A stretch of DNA of 64,000 nucleotides, from contig JACZJK010000033.1 of NCBI GenBank assembly GCA_014860575.1, positions 37,743 through 101,742 on the forward strand, in the 5' to 3' direction. The position numbers and the translations under genes were made by a program. Positions 43,791 to 53,834 of this stretch are shown here, piece after piece (position 1 is the first letter of the stretch; each line of letters opens with the position of its first letter). This DNA is from Bacteroidales bacterium. Its GTDB lineage: Bacteria > Bacteroidota > Bacteroidia > Bacteroidales > JAAYJT01. Below the pieces are notes generated by a model, which made no database searches, had not been told where the DNA came from, and was given only the letters and a program-made list of their open reading frames with translations.

Positions 43791-46475
43791 CTATTCAATA
43801 ACCAGCTTACGGGTAAATACCCGGTCATTATCTTTTAAACTTAGAATATACAATCCCGGCGCAATGCCATCGGTGGGAATGTTTCCTTCAAACCTGCTTT
43901 CTGCAATACTCATGTTCTGGTTATAAACCAGTTTGCCATCTAACGAATTCAATGATACAACAACATTGCTTTTCCCCGCGCTCAAATAAGTAAACGATAC
44001 CATGTTTTTGGCTGGGTTCGGGAAAATTGAAAGCATGTTCACTGGAATTTTGATCATCTCGCCGCTGCCCACAAGGCTTCCACGAATATCAAGGTTATCA
44101 ACAAAAGCATTATCGCCCTGAGCATAAAAATAATCGTATAGCCTGCATGCTGACTGGAAAGTTAAAGAAAAAGTTGTTCCTCCAAACTCAGTCAGATCAA
44201 AATGCTTACGGACGAAGGGATCTTCATTCGTGACCGGATTAAAATCAAAAACTCCTTCTGAATCCGACACCTGAATTGAATCATTCACAAGTACCCTGAA
44301 CCACGATAGTTTGTTTCCATAGCTAAAGGTCTGGCGTAAATCGAAGAAAACGTGAATACCAGCAAACTCGGTAGCGTCAATATTACAAACATGGGCGGTA
44401 GCATGGAAGTCAGTATTTGATTCCCAGGCCTGGGCAGGTGAGGTGCCAGTCGGTGTGCCAGCCCAACCGGTGGGTGTACTGCCTCCGGTGAAATGCAATC
44501 CGTATTCGCTATCATTGGCAGCCCGACTACTCAGCTTAATCACAGCCTTAACATTGGCCGCCAATTCAAATTCGTTTGTCGCGCCCGATTCAAAATCATC
44601 TTCAAAAGGAACTGCAATACCACCGATACTAAAATGGTCCTCAAAAGTCACTGTGTTCATACCATTTGCGTTAGTAGCAGATAAAGTGATTGAGTAAGTG
44701 CCGGGCAGCGTAAAATAAAGATGTGGATTTTGAGAATTCTGGTTCGTTCCATCAACAAAAACATGATTAGGCGGATCAAACTCCCAAAGCCATGATGTAG
44801 GATTGTAAAGACTTAGGTCTTCCAGGACAATTTTAGAATAAATACAAGATTCAATTTCACTTGATTCAAACTGGATAAAGGGAAGAGGTGTTGATGTTAC
44901 AACTATGTAACTGTCCAGTGTGATAGAATTGGAACCATAAATATTCTGAACGGTAAGTGATACATTATAAGTGCCAGGAGTATTATAAATAATACCTGAA
45001 GGATTTTGCTGGCTTGAGGAAGAAGGAGTTCCACCTGGAAATGACCATGAATATGAGTCAGGAACCCCGATTGAAAGATCGGTGAAATCTATAGCAGTAC
45101 CAGGTAAAATGATAGTAACCGGTGTGGAAAAATCAGCCGTAGGTGAAAAGGGAACTGCAAGTACAGCCTGGTAAGCATTAATCCTGCCTGCTCCGAGTTG
45201 TCCGATATAATTCGGGTTTTGAGCATCAATATTATCGCAAGTAGCCGTCATTATATTTGTAAGATGTGCAGGCGTTAAAGCTGGGTTTATTGATAACATG
45301 AGGCTGGCAAGTCCGGCTACTACAGGGCAGGCCATTGAAGTGCCAAAGTAACTATCGTAATAACCCATTGCGGTTAAATCGAAGGTGGTACTCAGCAAGC
45401 CTGATGGCCCGGGTGAAGCAAAGCCACCAGGTGCACTAACCGTTACTGCGGTACCATAGTTTGAAAAGTCTGATTTAACATCATTATCATTGGTTGAAGC
45501 CACGGAAATTACATTTGCATAACTTGAAGGATAGTGAGGTGCGTTAGTATTATCATTTCCTGCTGCCGCCACAAATACTACACCCATGGAATTGCCAACA
45601 TTTACAAGATTCTGGAAAGTTTGGTTAAATCCTGGCCCGCCAAAAGACATGCTAACGATATCAGCACCATTGTTAATTGCAAAGGAAACGCCAGCGTAAG
45701 AATGAGAAATTTGGGTAGGATTACTGTGACCAGCTTTAATTGCTATAATACTTGTGTTGTAGCCAATCCCTGCCACTCCCAGATGGTTATTGGTAATTGC
45801 TGTTGCAAGGCCAGCGCAATGCGTTCCATGAGACCAGTCGCCAGGGCTGCCTGTACCTGGGGGGCTTGAATTGGCCGTGTTATTGACAACATCACGCTGC
45901 AAAACAATTTTGTCTGCCAGGTCAGGATGGGCTGACCACACTGCATTATCAACGATGGCAACCTTTATATCGGGCGATCCGGTTGTAATATCCCAGGCTT
46001 GTTCGGCATTTATCACATCCAGATGCCATTTCCATTTCAATGGGCCGTTGATCAGATTATACAAGCTATCATTAGGCTTGTGGTCAATATAATACAATGC
46101 AACTTTTTCAGCATACTCAATCTCAGGCTTTTGCTCAAGCTCGGCAATCACTTTTTCAAGAACCGAATGATCCTCAAATTTCAGGTTAAAGGTTCTCAAT
46201 AACTTAACATCATTGTTCACTTCAAGTGGGCGAGAGATACTTTCCACATTATAGCGGCTAAGGATATCAGAAAAGTAGGCTGCATCTTCCAACCTCACAG
46301 AATGATCTTCTGCTACGGCAATTTGCGGATCGTAATTATCCTGAAATTTTACAAATAGCTGCCCGTCGAGGTAATACTTCTCAAAGGTTTGAGCAAAGGA
46401 ACTCATCGAGAAAAAGAAAATGGTAATAAATCCAAGAACCAACATCCGGGAACGATTGAGCATAAAGGTTTTCAT
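43791..46475 (-). CDS. secreted S8 (subtilisin-family) serine peptidase with two PKD domains, MAM-like domain and T9SS CTD
   Basis: Starts at the ATG at 46475 (MKTFMLNRSRMLVLGF..., a signal peptide). The catalytic triad is Asp in VAIVDNAV, His in SHGTHCAG, and Ser in FGTSMACP. The CTD is LSIFPNPAKNMVSF...GLYILSLKDNDRVFTRKLVIE. The TTG start at 46508 lies upstream of the predicted TSS. Confidence 0.9.
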   Translation of the reverse strand: MKTFMLNRSRMLVLGFITIFFFSMSSFAQTFEKYYLDGQLFVKFQDNYDPQIAVAEDHSVRLEDAAYFSDILSRYNVESISRPLEVNNDVKLLRTFNLKFEDHSVLEKVIAELEQKPEIEYAEKVALYYIDHKPNDSLYNLINGPLKWKWHLDVINAEQAWDITTGSPDIKVAIVDNAVWSAHPDLADKIVLQRDVVNNTANSSPPGTGSPGDWSHGTHCAGLATAITNNHLGVAGIGYNTSIIAIKAGHSNPTQISHSYAGVSFAINNGADIVSMSFGGPGFNQTFQNLVNVGNSMGVVFVAAAGNDNTNAPHYPSSYANVISVASTNDNDVKSDFSNYGTAVTVSAPGGFASPGPSGLLSTTFDLTAMGYYDSYFGTSMACPVVAGLASLMLSINPALTPAHLTNIMTATCDNIDAQNPNYIGQLGAGRINAYQAVLAVPFSPTADFSTPVTIILPGTAIDFTDLSIGVPDSYSWSFPGGTPSSSSQQNPSGIIYNTPGTYNVSLTVQNIYGSNSITLDSYIVVTSTPLPFIQFESSEIESCIYSKIVLEDLSLYNPTSWLWEFDPPNHVFVDGTNQNSQNPHLYFTLPGTYSITLSATNANGMNTVTFEDHFSIGGIAVPFEDDFESGATNEFELAANVKAVIKLSSRAANDSEYGLHFTGGSTPTGWAGTPTGTSPAQAWESNTDFHATAHVCNIDATEFAGIHVFFDLRQTFSYGNKLSWFRVLVNDSIQVSDSEGVFDFNPVTNEDPFVRKHFDLTEFGGTTFSLTFQSACRLYDYFYAQGDNAFVDNLDIRGSLVGSGEMIKIPVNMLSIFPNPAKNMVSFTYLSAGKSNVVVSLNSLDGKLVYNQNMSIAESRFEGNIPTDGIAPGLYILSLKDNDRVFTRKLVIE

Positions 46476-46512
46476 TTTTTGAATTTTAAATCTTACATTT
46501 TGATACAAGGAA

Positions 46513-46520
46513 CAAAGATA
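46513..46520 (-). promoter_or_regulatory. -7 box (TAtcTTTG) upstream of the S8 peptidase gene
   Basis: The minus strand reads TATCTTTG, 37 nt upstream of the ATG at 46475. Confidence 0.45.
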
Positions 46521-46780
46521 GAAATATGTTTTAATAGACAGCCCGAACCACCGGATAAATCAAGCACAAAGTCTTAGCTATTTCTTTTCCAAATACTTAT
46601 ACGGTGCAAACCAGGCATTTTTAATCAACAAAAAAACCATCAAAGTGTTTTTCCTACAACTATCACATTCAAATAATAATATGTTACTTTTATTGCCTGA
46701 ATTAAACATGGACGGGGAACCCATGCTTTTTTGAGGTTTGTAGCAATATATCTGTTTATTGGCCGGAAATAATTAGTCTT

Positions 46781-49700
46781 ATGCAGATCAAAAAAAAACG
46801 CAAAAATGTGCTCAGACGTATAGTTTCTACACTGCTGATCCTCGGTCTTATCATTGGCATTTCAGGTATTTGGGCTTCCAGATTCCTTAAACGCCAGATT
46901 CAGAATGAAAAATACAACGAGCTTACTGCAATTACCAATCTCAAGGTTCGGGAAGTAACACGCTGGATTGAAGAACGGAAAAATGAAGGGTATTTTCTGC
47001 AGCAAAATCCTGATTTTGTCGAAATGATTATTCAACTCAATCAAAACCCCGAAGACTCTGCGGCAAAAATTAAATTGGGTGAATGGCTCAAACCAATTCT
47101 CAACAACCACGATTATTCGGATATGCATTTATATGGCCTGAGAAATCAATTACTTGCTTATTTCTTTTCCGGCCCAGAACCGCATGAACCCGTAACCCTT
47201 TTTCATAAAGATTATTTAAATAAACAACTTACTGATTCCATCCGATTTGGTGATATTTATTACGACTCAACTGCCAGTCATTTACATTTCGATATAATTG
47301 TCCCTCTTCAAAAGGATGGAGTCAGGTTGGGTGTTATTATCCTTACGATTAATCCTGAGATTTTTTTATTCCCTGCAATCAGGGAGTGGCCCGTTTCAAG
47401 TGAAACATCTGAAGCGCTTATTGCCAAAACAGATGGCGATAGCGTGACAATAATCAACCAAACACGATTTATTAATAATAAACCACTCGCCTTAAAGTTT
47501 GAAATTGATTCCAATTCAGTGATTCCGGCAGTTAAAGCAATTTTGGGTGATGCCGGAGTTATTATTGGTACAGATTATCGGGGAGAAAAAGTGCTTGCCA
47601 GTGTCTCTGGTATTCCTGGAACCAATTGGTTCATGATAGTGAAATCTGATTTACGCGAAATTTATGCCCCATTCTGGGAAAGGACAATACTTTTAATATT
47701 CATGATTATTGCACTGCTTATAGCCATAGGTTCAGTACTCATAACAATATGGAAAAGAAATGAAACTCAACTTTTAAGGCAGCAGCTTGAATTGGAAAAA
47801 GAAACCAAAGCCCTTGAGCAACATTACGGATACCTCACCAAATACGCCAACGACATCATTATGTTGATGAATGAAAAAGGCGACCTAATTCAGATGAATG
47901 AAAGAGGATTGGAAAAATACGGGTATACCAGTGTAGAAATCAAAGGTATGAATATCAACAGGCTTAGGGCAGCGTCAATGCAGGGGGGAACCACTACTAT
48001 TCTTAAAAAAATATTAAGTGAAGGCCATACCCGACTTGAGAGCATTCATGTTACTAAAAGCGGCATTGAGTTTCCTGTTGAGATCAGCGCCCGCAGCATT
48101 AAAATTGAAGACACAGTTTTTATACAAAGCATCGTCCGCGATATTACTAACCATAAAAATTATGAACAAGCAATTCTTGAGCGTGAAAACAACCTGAATA
48201 TTACACTCGAAAGCATTGGCGATGCAGTAATTGTGACAAACAAAGAAGGGCGCATTACACGCCTGAACAAGGTAGCAGAGCAATTAACCGGATGGAAGGC
48301 TTCAGAAGCGTTCCAGCAACATTTGGACGAAATATTGAACATTCGTGACAGCGAAACTAATCAGCCCCTTGAAAGTATAATAGATAAAGTCTTTAGCAAA
48401 GATGCCGTGATTGATTTGTCTAATCGAGCTGTACTTGTATCAAAAACGGGCGTAAAAATTCATATTGCCGACAGCGCTGCTCCTATTCACAATGAACATG
48501 GTGAGTTGGTGGGCGTTGTGATCGTGTTTAGGGATATTACTGAAAAATACCAGCAAGAGCAGGTATTGCGGGAGAGTGAAGAAAAGTTCCGCTTGCTGGC
48601 TGAATCAACTCCGGTTGCTATCATGATTTACCAGGGCGATACCTGGGTTTATGCCAACAAAGGTGCGAAACTAATAACCGGATATGAACCAGAGAACCTG
48701 CTAGAAATGAACTTTTGGCATATCGTGCACCCCGATGACCAGTCCATGATTATGGAAAGAGGGCGTGCCCGACAGCAAGGATTACCAGTTCCCGACAGAT
48801 ACCAGTTTCGTATTATATCAAAAAACGGAAAAACACATTGGGTTGACCTGAGCGGAACATTGATTCAATACAATGGCAAACCTGCCGGAATGATCTCAGT
48901 AATGGATGTTACTGAGCAAAAGGAAGCAATGCTCAGGATAGCGGAGAATGAATCAAGGCTATCAAGTATCTTTAAAGCAGCGCCGGTTGGCATCGGAATG
49001 GTTGTTAACCGTGTAATCATCGAAGTGAACGAGCGGGTTTGTAATCTGACCGGCTACAGCCATGAGGAACTCATCGGCAAGAGTGTCCGGATGCTCTATG
49101 CTGATGATGTTGAGTATGAATTCGTAGGAAGAGAAAAATACAGGCAAATAGAAGTTTCGGGAGTTGGCGAAGTTGAATCGCGATGGAATAGAAAAGACGG
49201 TGAAGTTATTGATATACTTTTAAGATCAGTACCTCTAGATCCGCAGGACCATAAAAAAGGAGTGATGTTTACAGCAATGGATATCACAGCGCGTAAACAC
49301 TCAGAAGAAACAGTGCGTGAAAGCCAGCGCACACTTGCAACGCTCATGAGCAACCTGCAAGGCATCGTTTACCGTTGCCGCAATAATGAGGATTGGGAAA
49401 TGCAATTCCTCTCCGATGGCATAAAAGCGATCACGGGTTTCGAACCTGATGATTTCCTTGAACAGGGATCCAGGGCATACAGTGAATTGATACATCCTGA
49501 TGATAGGCAGGACATATGGGATTTGGTTCAGGTTGCAGTTGAGGAAAAACAGCCTTATGAATTTGAATTCAGAATGAAGACGATCAGGGGGGATTATATT
49601 TGGGTTTGGGAAAAAGGAAGGGGAATCTACGATGATAATGATGAACTGCTTTTTCTTGAAGGATTTATTTCAGATATCAATTGGCGCAAGCGGAATGAAG

Positions 49701-51379
49701 AAATACAGAAAGTTGTTTTTAACATAGCCAATGCAGTCAATTTTACTGGAAACCTGGTGGAAATTTCTTTGTTGATCCAACAGGAGCTTTCAAAAATCAT
49801 TGACACCAATAATTTCCTTATCGCACTTCACAACGCTGAAGACAATTCGATAAGTCTTCCATTTATGGCCGACCAAAAAGATCATTTTCCAACATTTCCG
49901 GCTGGCAAAACCCTCACAGGTTACGTTATTTCGAATGATCTGCCGTTGCTTGTTGGAGAAGAGGAAATCAGGAAGTTGAATGCTGAAGGCGTGATTGAAA
50001 TCCATGGAACCGTTTCAAAATCATGGCTAGGTGTTCCTTTAAGATTTAAAAATGATGTAATAGGTGCATTGGTAATTCAGGATTATGAAAACCCTAACGC
50101 CTATACACTCAACGACTTGGAGATCATGAAATTTGTTTCGAACCAGATTGCGTTGAGCATCGAGAAGAAACGGGCCGAAGATGAATTGCGGCAGGCAAAG
50201 GAAAAAGCTGTTGAATCGGACAAATTAAAAACAGCTTTTCTGGCAAATATGTCGCACGAAATCAGAACACCAATGAACGCCATCATTGGGTTCTCAGATT
50301 TACTTGCCGACAAAGGACTGAATGAAGAGGACAGGAAGAATTTTATTCACATCATTCAGAACAACGGCAATGTTTTGCTCAACCTTATTGACGACATCAT
50401 TGACATGGCCAAACTTGAAGCCGGGCAACTAAGAATTGACAAAAAGGTTGTCAACATCAATGAAGTGCTCGATGAACTGTTTAACTATTTCACCGAATAC
50501 CGGCATAAAATGGATAAATCCGGTATCGAGGTCAGGTTTCCAAATTATCATGGCGGCAAACTGGAGCTCAAAACCGATTCATTCCGGTTCAGGCAAATTA
50601 TTTCGAACCTGATCAACAATGCATTGAAGTTTACCGAAGCTGGATTCATTGAACTTGGATATACTTTTCAAGTGCCTGCATCCGCTCCTGAAGGAACACC
50701 GGACCCAGCCATCACCTTTTATGTAAAAGATACTGGAGTGGGCATTCCAGAAGACAAGCTAAACCTTGTCTTTGACCGGTTCAGGCAAGCTTACGACTCA
50801 CATGCAAGAATTTTTGGCGGAACCGGGCTTGGCCTTACAATATCGAGAAACCTTACCGAGATGCTTGGTGGTAAAATCTGGGTTGAAAGTACTCCCGGTT
50901 CAGGTACTGTTTTCTATGTTTCACTGCCATCTGAACAAGTTAACAGCATGCCGGGCGCCAACCAACATCTTTTAGAAGAAGAAAACAAGCTTTTTGATGG
51001 ATCGGGACTTCATATACTTATTGCAGAAGATGAACCTTCAAGCGCCTATTTTCTTGAAACTATTATACTTAAAACCGGTGCACGGGTTACAATAGTAACC
51101 AACGGACTTGATGCACTCAAAACCTGCCAAACCGGTAATAACATTGATCTCGTATTCATGGATATCCGGATGCCAGTGATGGATGGCTATGAAGCAACAC
51201 AGAAAATCAAGGACCTTTTCCCGAACCTACCGGTAATTGCCCAAACAGCCTTTGCTATGGCTGAAGAAGTAGAGCGTTCGAAGCAGATCGGGTGCAACGA
51301 CCATATTACGAAGCCCATTCGTCCTTCTGAAATAATAGCCATGCTTGAGAAATACATTACCAAAAATCCTGTGAACTAG
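46781..51379 (+). CDS. hybrid sensor histidine kinase (Cache-like periplasmic domain, multiple PAS, GAF, HisKA, HATPase, receiver)
   Basis: 1532 aa. Two TM segments flank a sensor of about 250 aa (GTDYRGEKVLASVSGIPGTNWFMIV). About five PAS/PAC units and a GAF domain follow. The H-box is FLANMSHEIRTPMNAI and the ATP-binding region contains DTGVGIP...GGTGLGL. The receiver carries DLVFMDIRMPVMDG and ITKP. Confidence 0.9.
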   Translation: MQIKKKRKNVLRRIVSTLLILGLIIGISGIWASRFLKRQIQNEKYNELTAITNLKVREVTRWIEERKNEGYFLQQNPDFVEMIIQLNQNPEDSAAKIKLGEWLKPILNNHDYSDMHLYGLRNQLLAYFFSGPEPHEPVTLFHKDYLNKQLTDSIRFGDIYYDSTASHLHFDIIVPLQKDGVRLGVIILTINPEIFLFPAIREWPVSSETSEALIAKTDGDSVTIINQTRFINNKPLALKFEIDSNSVIPAVKAILGDAGVIIGTDYRGEKVLASVSGIPGTNWFMIVKSDLREIYAPFWERTILLIFMIIALLIAIGSVLITIWKRNETQLLRQQLELEKETKALEQHYGYLTKYANDIIMLMNEKGDLIQMNERGLEKYGYTSVEIKGMNINRLRAASMQGGTTTILKKILSEGHTRLESIHVTKSGIEFPVEISARSIKIEDTVFIQSIVRDITNHKNYEQAILERENNLNITLESIGDAVIVTNKEGRITRLNKVAEQLTGWKASEAFQQHLDEILNIRDSETNQPLESIIDKVFSKDAVIDLSNRAVLVSKTGVKIHIADSAAPIHNEHGELVGVVIVFRDITEKYQQEQVLRESEEKFRLLAESTPVAIMIYQGDTWVYANKGAKLITGYEPENLLEMNFWHIVHPDDQSMIMERGRARQQGLPVPDRYQFRIISKNGKTHWVDLSGTLIQYNGKPAGMISVMDVTEQKEAMLRIAENESRLSSIFKAAPVGIGMVVNRVIIEVNERVCNLTGYSHEELIGKSVRMLYADDVEYEFVGREKYRQIEVSGVGEVESRWNRKDGEVIDILLRSVPLDPQDHKKGVMFTAMDITARKHSEETVRESQRTLATLMSNLQGIVYRCRNNEDWEMQFLSDGIKAITGFEPDDFLEQGSRAYSELIHPDDRQDIWDLVQVAVEEKQPYEFEFRMKTIRGDYIWVWEKGRGIYDDNDELLFLEGFISDINWRKRNEEIQKVVFNIANAVNFTGNLVEISLLIQQELSKIIDTNNFLIALHNAEDNSISLPFMADQKDHFPTFPAGKTLTGYVISNDLPLLVGEEEIRKLNAEGVIEIHGTVSKSWLGVPLRFKNDVIGALVIQDYENPNAYTLNDLEIMKFVSNQIALSIEKKRAEDELRQAKEKAVESDKLKTAFLANMSHEIRTPMNAIIGFSDLLADKGLNEEDRKNFIHIIQNNGNVLLNLIDDIIDMAKLEAGQLRIDKKVVNINEVLDELFNYFTEYRHKMDKSGIEVRFPNYHGGKLELKTDSFRFRQIISNLINNALKFTEAGFIELGYTFQVPASAPEGTPDPAITFYVKDTGVGIPEDKLNLVFDRFRQAYDSHARIFGGTGLGLTISRNLTEMLGGKIWVESTPGSGTVFYVSLPSEQVNSMPGANQHLLEEENKLFDGSGLHILIAEDEPSSAYFLETIILKTGARVTIVTNGLDALKTCQTGNNIDLVFMDIRMPVMDGYEATQKIKDLFPNLPVIAQTAFAMAEEVERSKQIGCNDHITKPIRPSEIIAMLEKYITKNPVN

Positions 51380-51424
51380 CTCCAATGTTTTAATTTTAAA
51401 CCTGAATAATAAAGGAATTCTTCC

Positions 51425-52000
51425 TCAGGTTCTATTGCTTTCATTCTTCTTTGCAATTTCAAGCATATTAGTGAAAGACTTCACTAAAATATCAGACGTG
51501 CTAAAATACAAATCATTAGCAAGAGGAATAAATGTTGGAGTCGGGTCCAGACGCAAGTAAGTTACGTTCAGATTGCCGTGACCCAGCCTGATACGGTCGA
51601 GTGCATCAGCATCTTTCAGCAAGGCAGTAGTTTTCCAGAACGCATGATCTTTGTGCAGTTCAAAACCTTCGGAATGATTTCTAACCGCGGTTCCAATTTC
51701 TTCCAACTCGTAAGCGTTCGCACCCTGGCTCATAAAAAACTCAGCAAAGACCGGTAGCTTGTTCTCAGTTGACCATAAACCATGTTTTGAACAATAACCA
51801 TCATGCTTGCGCGCCATATCATGAATAAAGGCCGCACAGAATGCGAGTCGGGTTTCACGCTCCCATTCCAGTTTCTCTCCAAGCAGCATTACATGGCACA
51901 TAACCCTGTAAGTATGATTTATCCCGTGCAGCAAACTCTGATGATCAAAGTGGCTTTCATTCAGGATAAATTTGCCCGGATCAAAACCTAATGGTTTCAT
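51425..52000 (-). CDS. HD-domain protein
   Basis: 191 aa. Has HGINHTYRV, FIHDMARKHDG and LKDADALDR (an H..HD..D pattern). Its start overlaps the ftcD stop as ATGA. Confidence 0.6.
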   Translation of the reverse strand: MKPLGFDPGKFILNESHFDHQSLLHGINHTYRVMCHVMLLGEKLEWERETRLAFCAAFIHDMARKHDGYCSKHGLWSTENKLPVFAEFFMSQGANAYELEEIGTAVRNHSEGFELHKDHAFWKTTALLKDADALDRIRLGHGNLNVTYLRLDPTPTFIPLANDLYFSTSDILVKSFTNMLEIAKKNESNRT

Positions 52001-53685
52001 ACGCCTATCTTTTCGTTTACGATTTTAAGGATAGCTGATTCCAGTTCGATGGCAGAATTTTCAATCGCGGCGCCTTGTTCAATAATTTTTGCAGCAAAAA
52101 CTTTGTCTTCCAAACCGGCTGCATTGATTTTCACATTCAGGTAAGCGCCCATCACGGCGGCTCTGGCACAAAGCGCTCCAACACCGGCATCAGAAACCGA
52201 ATTGGGGTTGCCCGTTTCGGCCATCGCTTTAATCACTTCCATTGATTTGTGCGCCTTTTCCATTACCCTGAAAGGAATTTCAGTAGCATAACGTGTTGCA
52301 TCCTGGATCGCATTTTTGCGTGCTTTTTTTTCCTCTTCATTAGCTTTTGGTAAACCGAAAGCATCCATGATGCGGTTGAAAGCGTTAGTGTCTTCATCAA
52401 CCAGGTGCAACATTTCATCTTTTAATTGCTGGCCTTTTTCGGCCCAGATAGAGAACTCTTCCCAGCGATCATCCCATCCGGCTTTGTGCGATGATAAATT
52501 CGCAACCATGGTTGCAAGCGATACTCCTAAAGCGCCAACATAAGCCGAAATAGACCCGCCGCCGGGTGCCGGTGATTCCGAAGCCGTTTCATTTGCGAAC
52601 CCTTTGCAGGTCATATCCACAAGCTTTTTCTCATTTCTATCGCGGAGGATATATTCAATGATCTTTTCCTCTGGTTTGAAAGGTTTCAGATCGTCAAGTC
52701 CCAGCGATTTTATTGCGATTTTTATGATCTCATCTTCTGAAATTCCCAGGGAACGATTTTGCTTATTGAGAAAATATTTGCCAGCGTCAATCATTGCTTT
52801 CAAAGGGATCAAACCAACAAGTTCAGAACCGGTAACACGAATGCCCCTTTCCTGAGCCTTGGTGCAGGCTTCTTCAAAAGCTACATGAACCGGGGTCACA
52901 CTTATATTTGTAAGGTTAATTGAAATCTGTGCAATCCCATATTCTTCGATGAACCAACCAATGGCTTTGCACTCTTTCAGCGAACCGGGAATATACACCG
53001 GGTTTCCTTTTTCGTCTTTCAGAATTTTGCCGGTAATCGGGTTGCCTTCTCTTTTTGGCCGTCCCTTTTCCCTGATATCAAAAGCAATTGCATTAGCACG
53101 ACGGGTGGAAGTTGTGTTCAGGTTGATATTATAAGCAACCAGAAAATCCCTCGCGCCAACGGCTGTAGCGCCTGATCTGGCATTGAAGGTAGCAGGCCCG
53201 AAATCGGGTTTCCATGTTAGGTTCGCAAGCTTTTCGGGTAGCCCTTCGTATTCGCCTGCGCGGCAATTTGCAAGGTTCTTTCGTTCAGGAAACTGTGCAG
53301 CATTCTCATAGCAATAAACTGAAATACCCAACTCCTCCCCTATTCTTTTAGCAAGTTTTCGTGCGTATTCAACGGTTTCTTCCATGGTAATTCCTGAAAT
53401 CGGAATTAGCGGGCAAACATCTGTAGCTCCAAAGCGGGGATGCTCGCCTTTGTGTTTGCGCATATCAATAATTTCGGATGCTTTCTTCACAGCGAGAAAA
53501 GCAGCCTCAATCACCGCTTCCGGTGTTCCAACCATTGTAACTACTGTGCGGTTAGTTGCTGCACCGGGATCAACATCAAGCAGTTTTACACCTTCAACGC
53601 TTTCAATCTGATCGGTAATTTGTTTAATGATTGCCATATCGCGGCCTTCACTGAAATTGGGGACGCATTCAATAAGTTGTTGCAT
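51997..53685 (-). CDS. ftcD: glutamate formimidoyltransferase / formimidoyl-THF cyclodeaminase (bifunctional FTCD type)
   Basis: 562 aa. The hallmark N-terminus LIECVPNFSEGRD is present. The C-terminal 200 aa form a helical cyclodeaminase-like domain. Confidence 0.88.
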   Translation of the reverse strand: MQQLIECVPNFSEGRDMAIIKQITDQIESVEGVKLLDVDPGAATNRTVVTMVGTPEAVIEAAFLAVKKASEIIDMRKHKGEHPRFGATDVCPLIPISGITMEETVEYARKLAKRIGEELGISVYCYENAAQFPERKNLANCRAGEYEGLPEKLANLTWKPDFGPATFNARSGATAVGARDFLVAYNINLNTTSTRRANAIAFDIREKGRPKREGNPITGKILKDEKGNPVYIPGSLKECKAIGWFIEEYGIAQISINLTNISVTPVHVAFEEACTKAQERGIRVTGSELVGLIPLKAMIDAGKYFLNKQNRSLGISEDEIIKIAIKSLGLDDLKPFKPEEKIIEYILRDRNEKKLVDMTCKGFANETASESPAPGGGSISAYVGALGVSLATMVANLSSHKAGWDDRWEEFSIWAEKGQQLKDEMLHLVDEDTNAFNRIMDAFGLPKANEEEKKARKNAIQDATRYATEIPFRVMEKAHKSMEVIKAMAETGNPNSVSDAGVGALCARAAVMGAYLNVKINAAGLEDKVFAAKIIEQGAAIENSAIELESAILKIVNEKIGV

Positions 53686-53732
53686 AATCTTTAAGTTCTG
53701 TTAAGAGTAATTAAGATTGGAATTGCCGGTTG

Positions 53733-53740
53733 CAAATGTA
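53733..53740 (-). promoter_or_regulatory. -7 box (TAcaTTTG) upstream of ftcD
   Basis: The minus strand reads TACATTTG, 47 nt upstream of the ATG at 53685. Confidence 0.4.
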
Positions 53741-53834
53741 AGAATTGGATGAGAATTCCGAAAACCCCATCATGCTGAATGTTACCGAAAATCTGATATT
53801 AAAAAGGTTGTTTGCAGAATGAAAACACTTCTTT

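Noticed and set aside
46476-46508. Alternative non-ATG starts used by the ORF track: TTG at 46508 (S8 peptidase), TTG at 39883 (thioredoxin lipoprotein), GTG at 29950 (Wzz-like) and TTG at 25751 (efp).
   Set aside because: In each case an in-frame ATG shortly downstream gives a proper signal peptide or family-typical N-terminus. The extension would overlap a -7 box or the upstream gene.
46715-46750. AACATGGacggggaaCCCATGCTTTTTT looks like a terminator upstream of the sensor kinase gene.
   Set aside because: The stem is only 5 bp and no + strand gene feeds into it. This is too weak to call.
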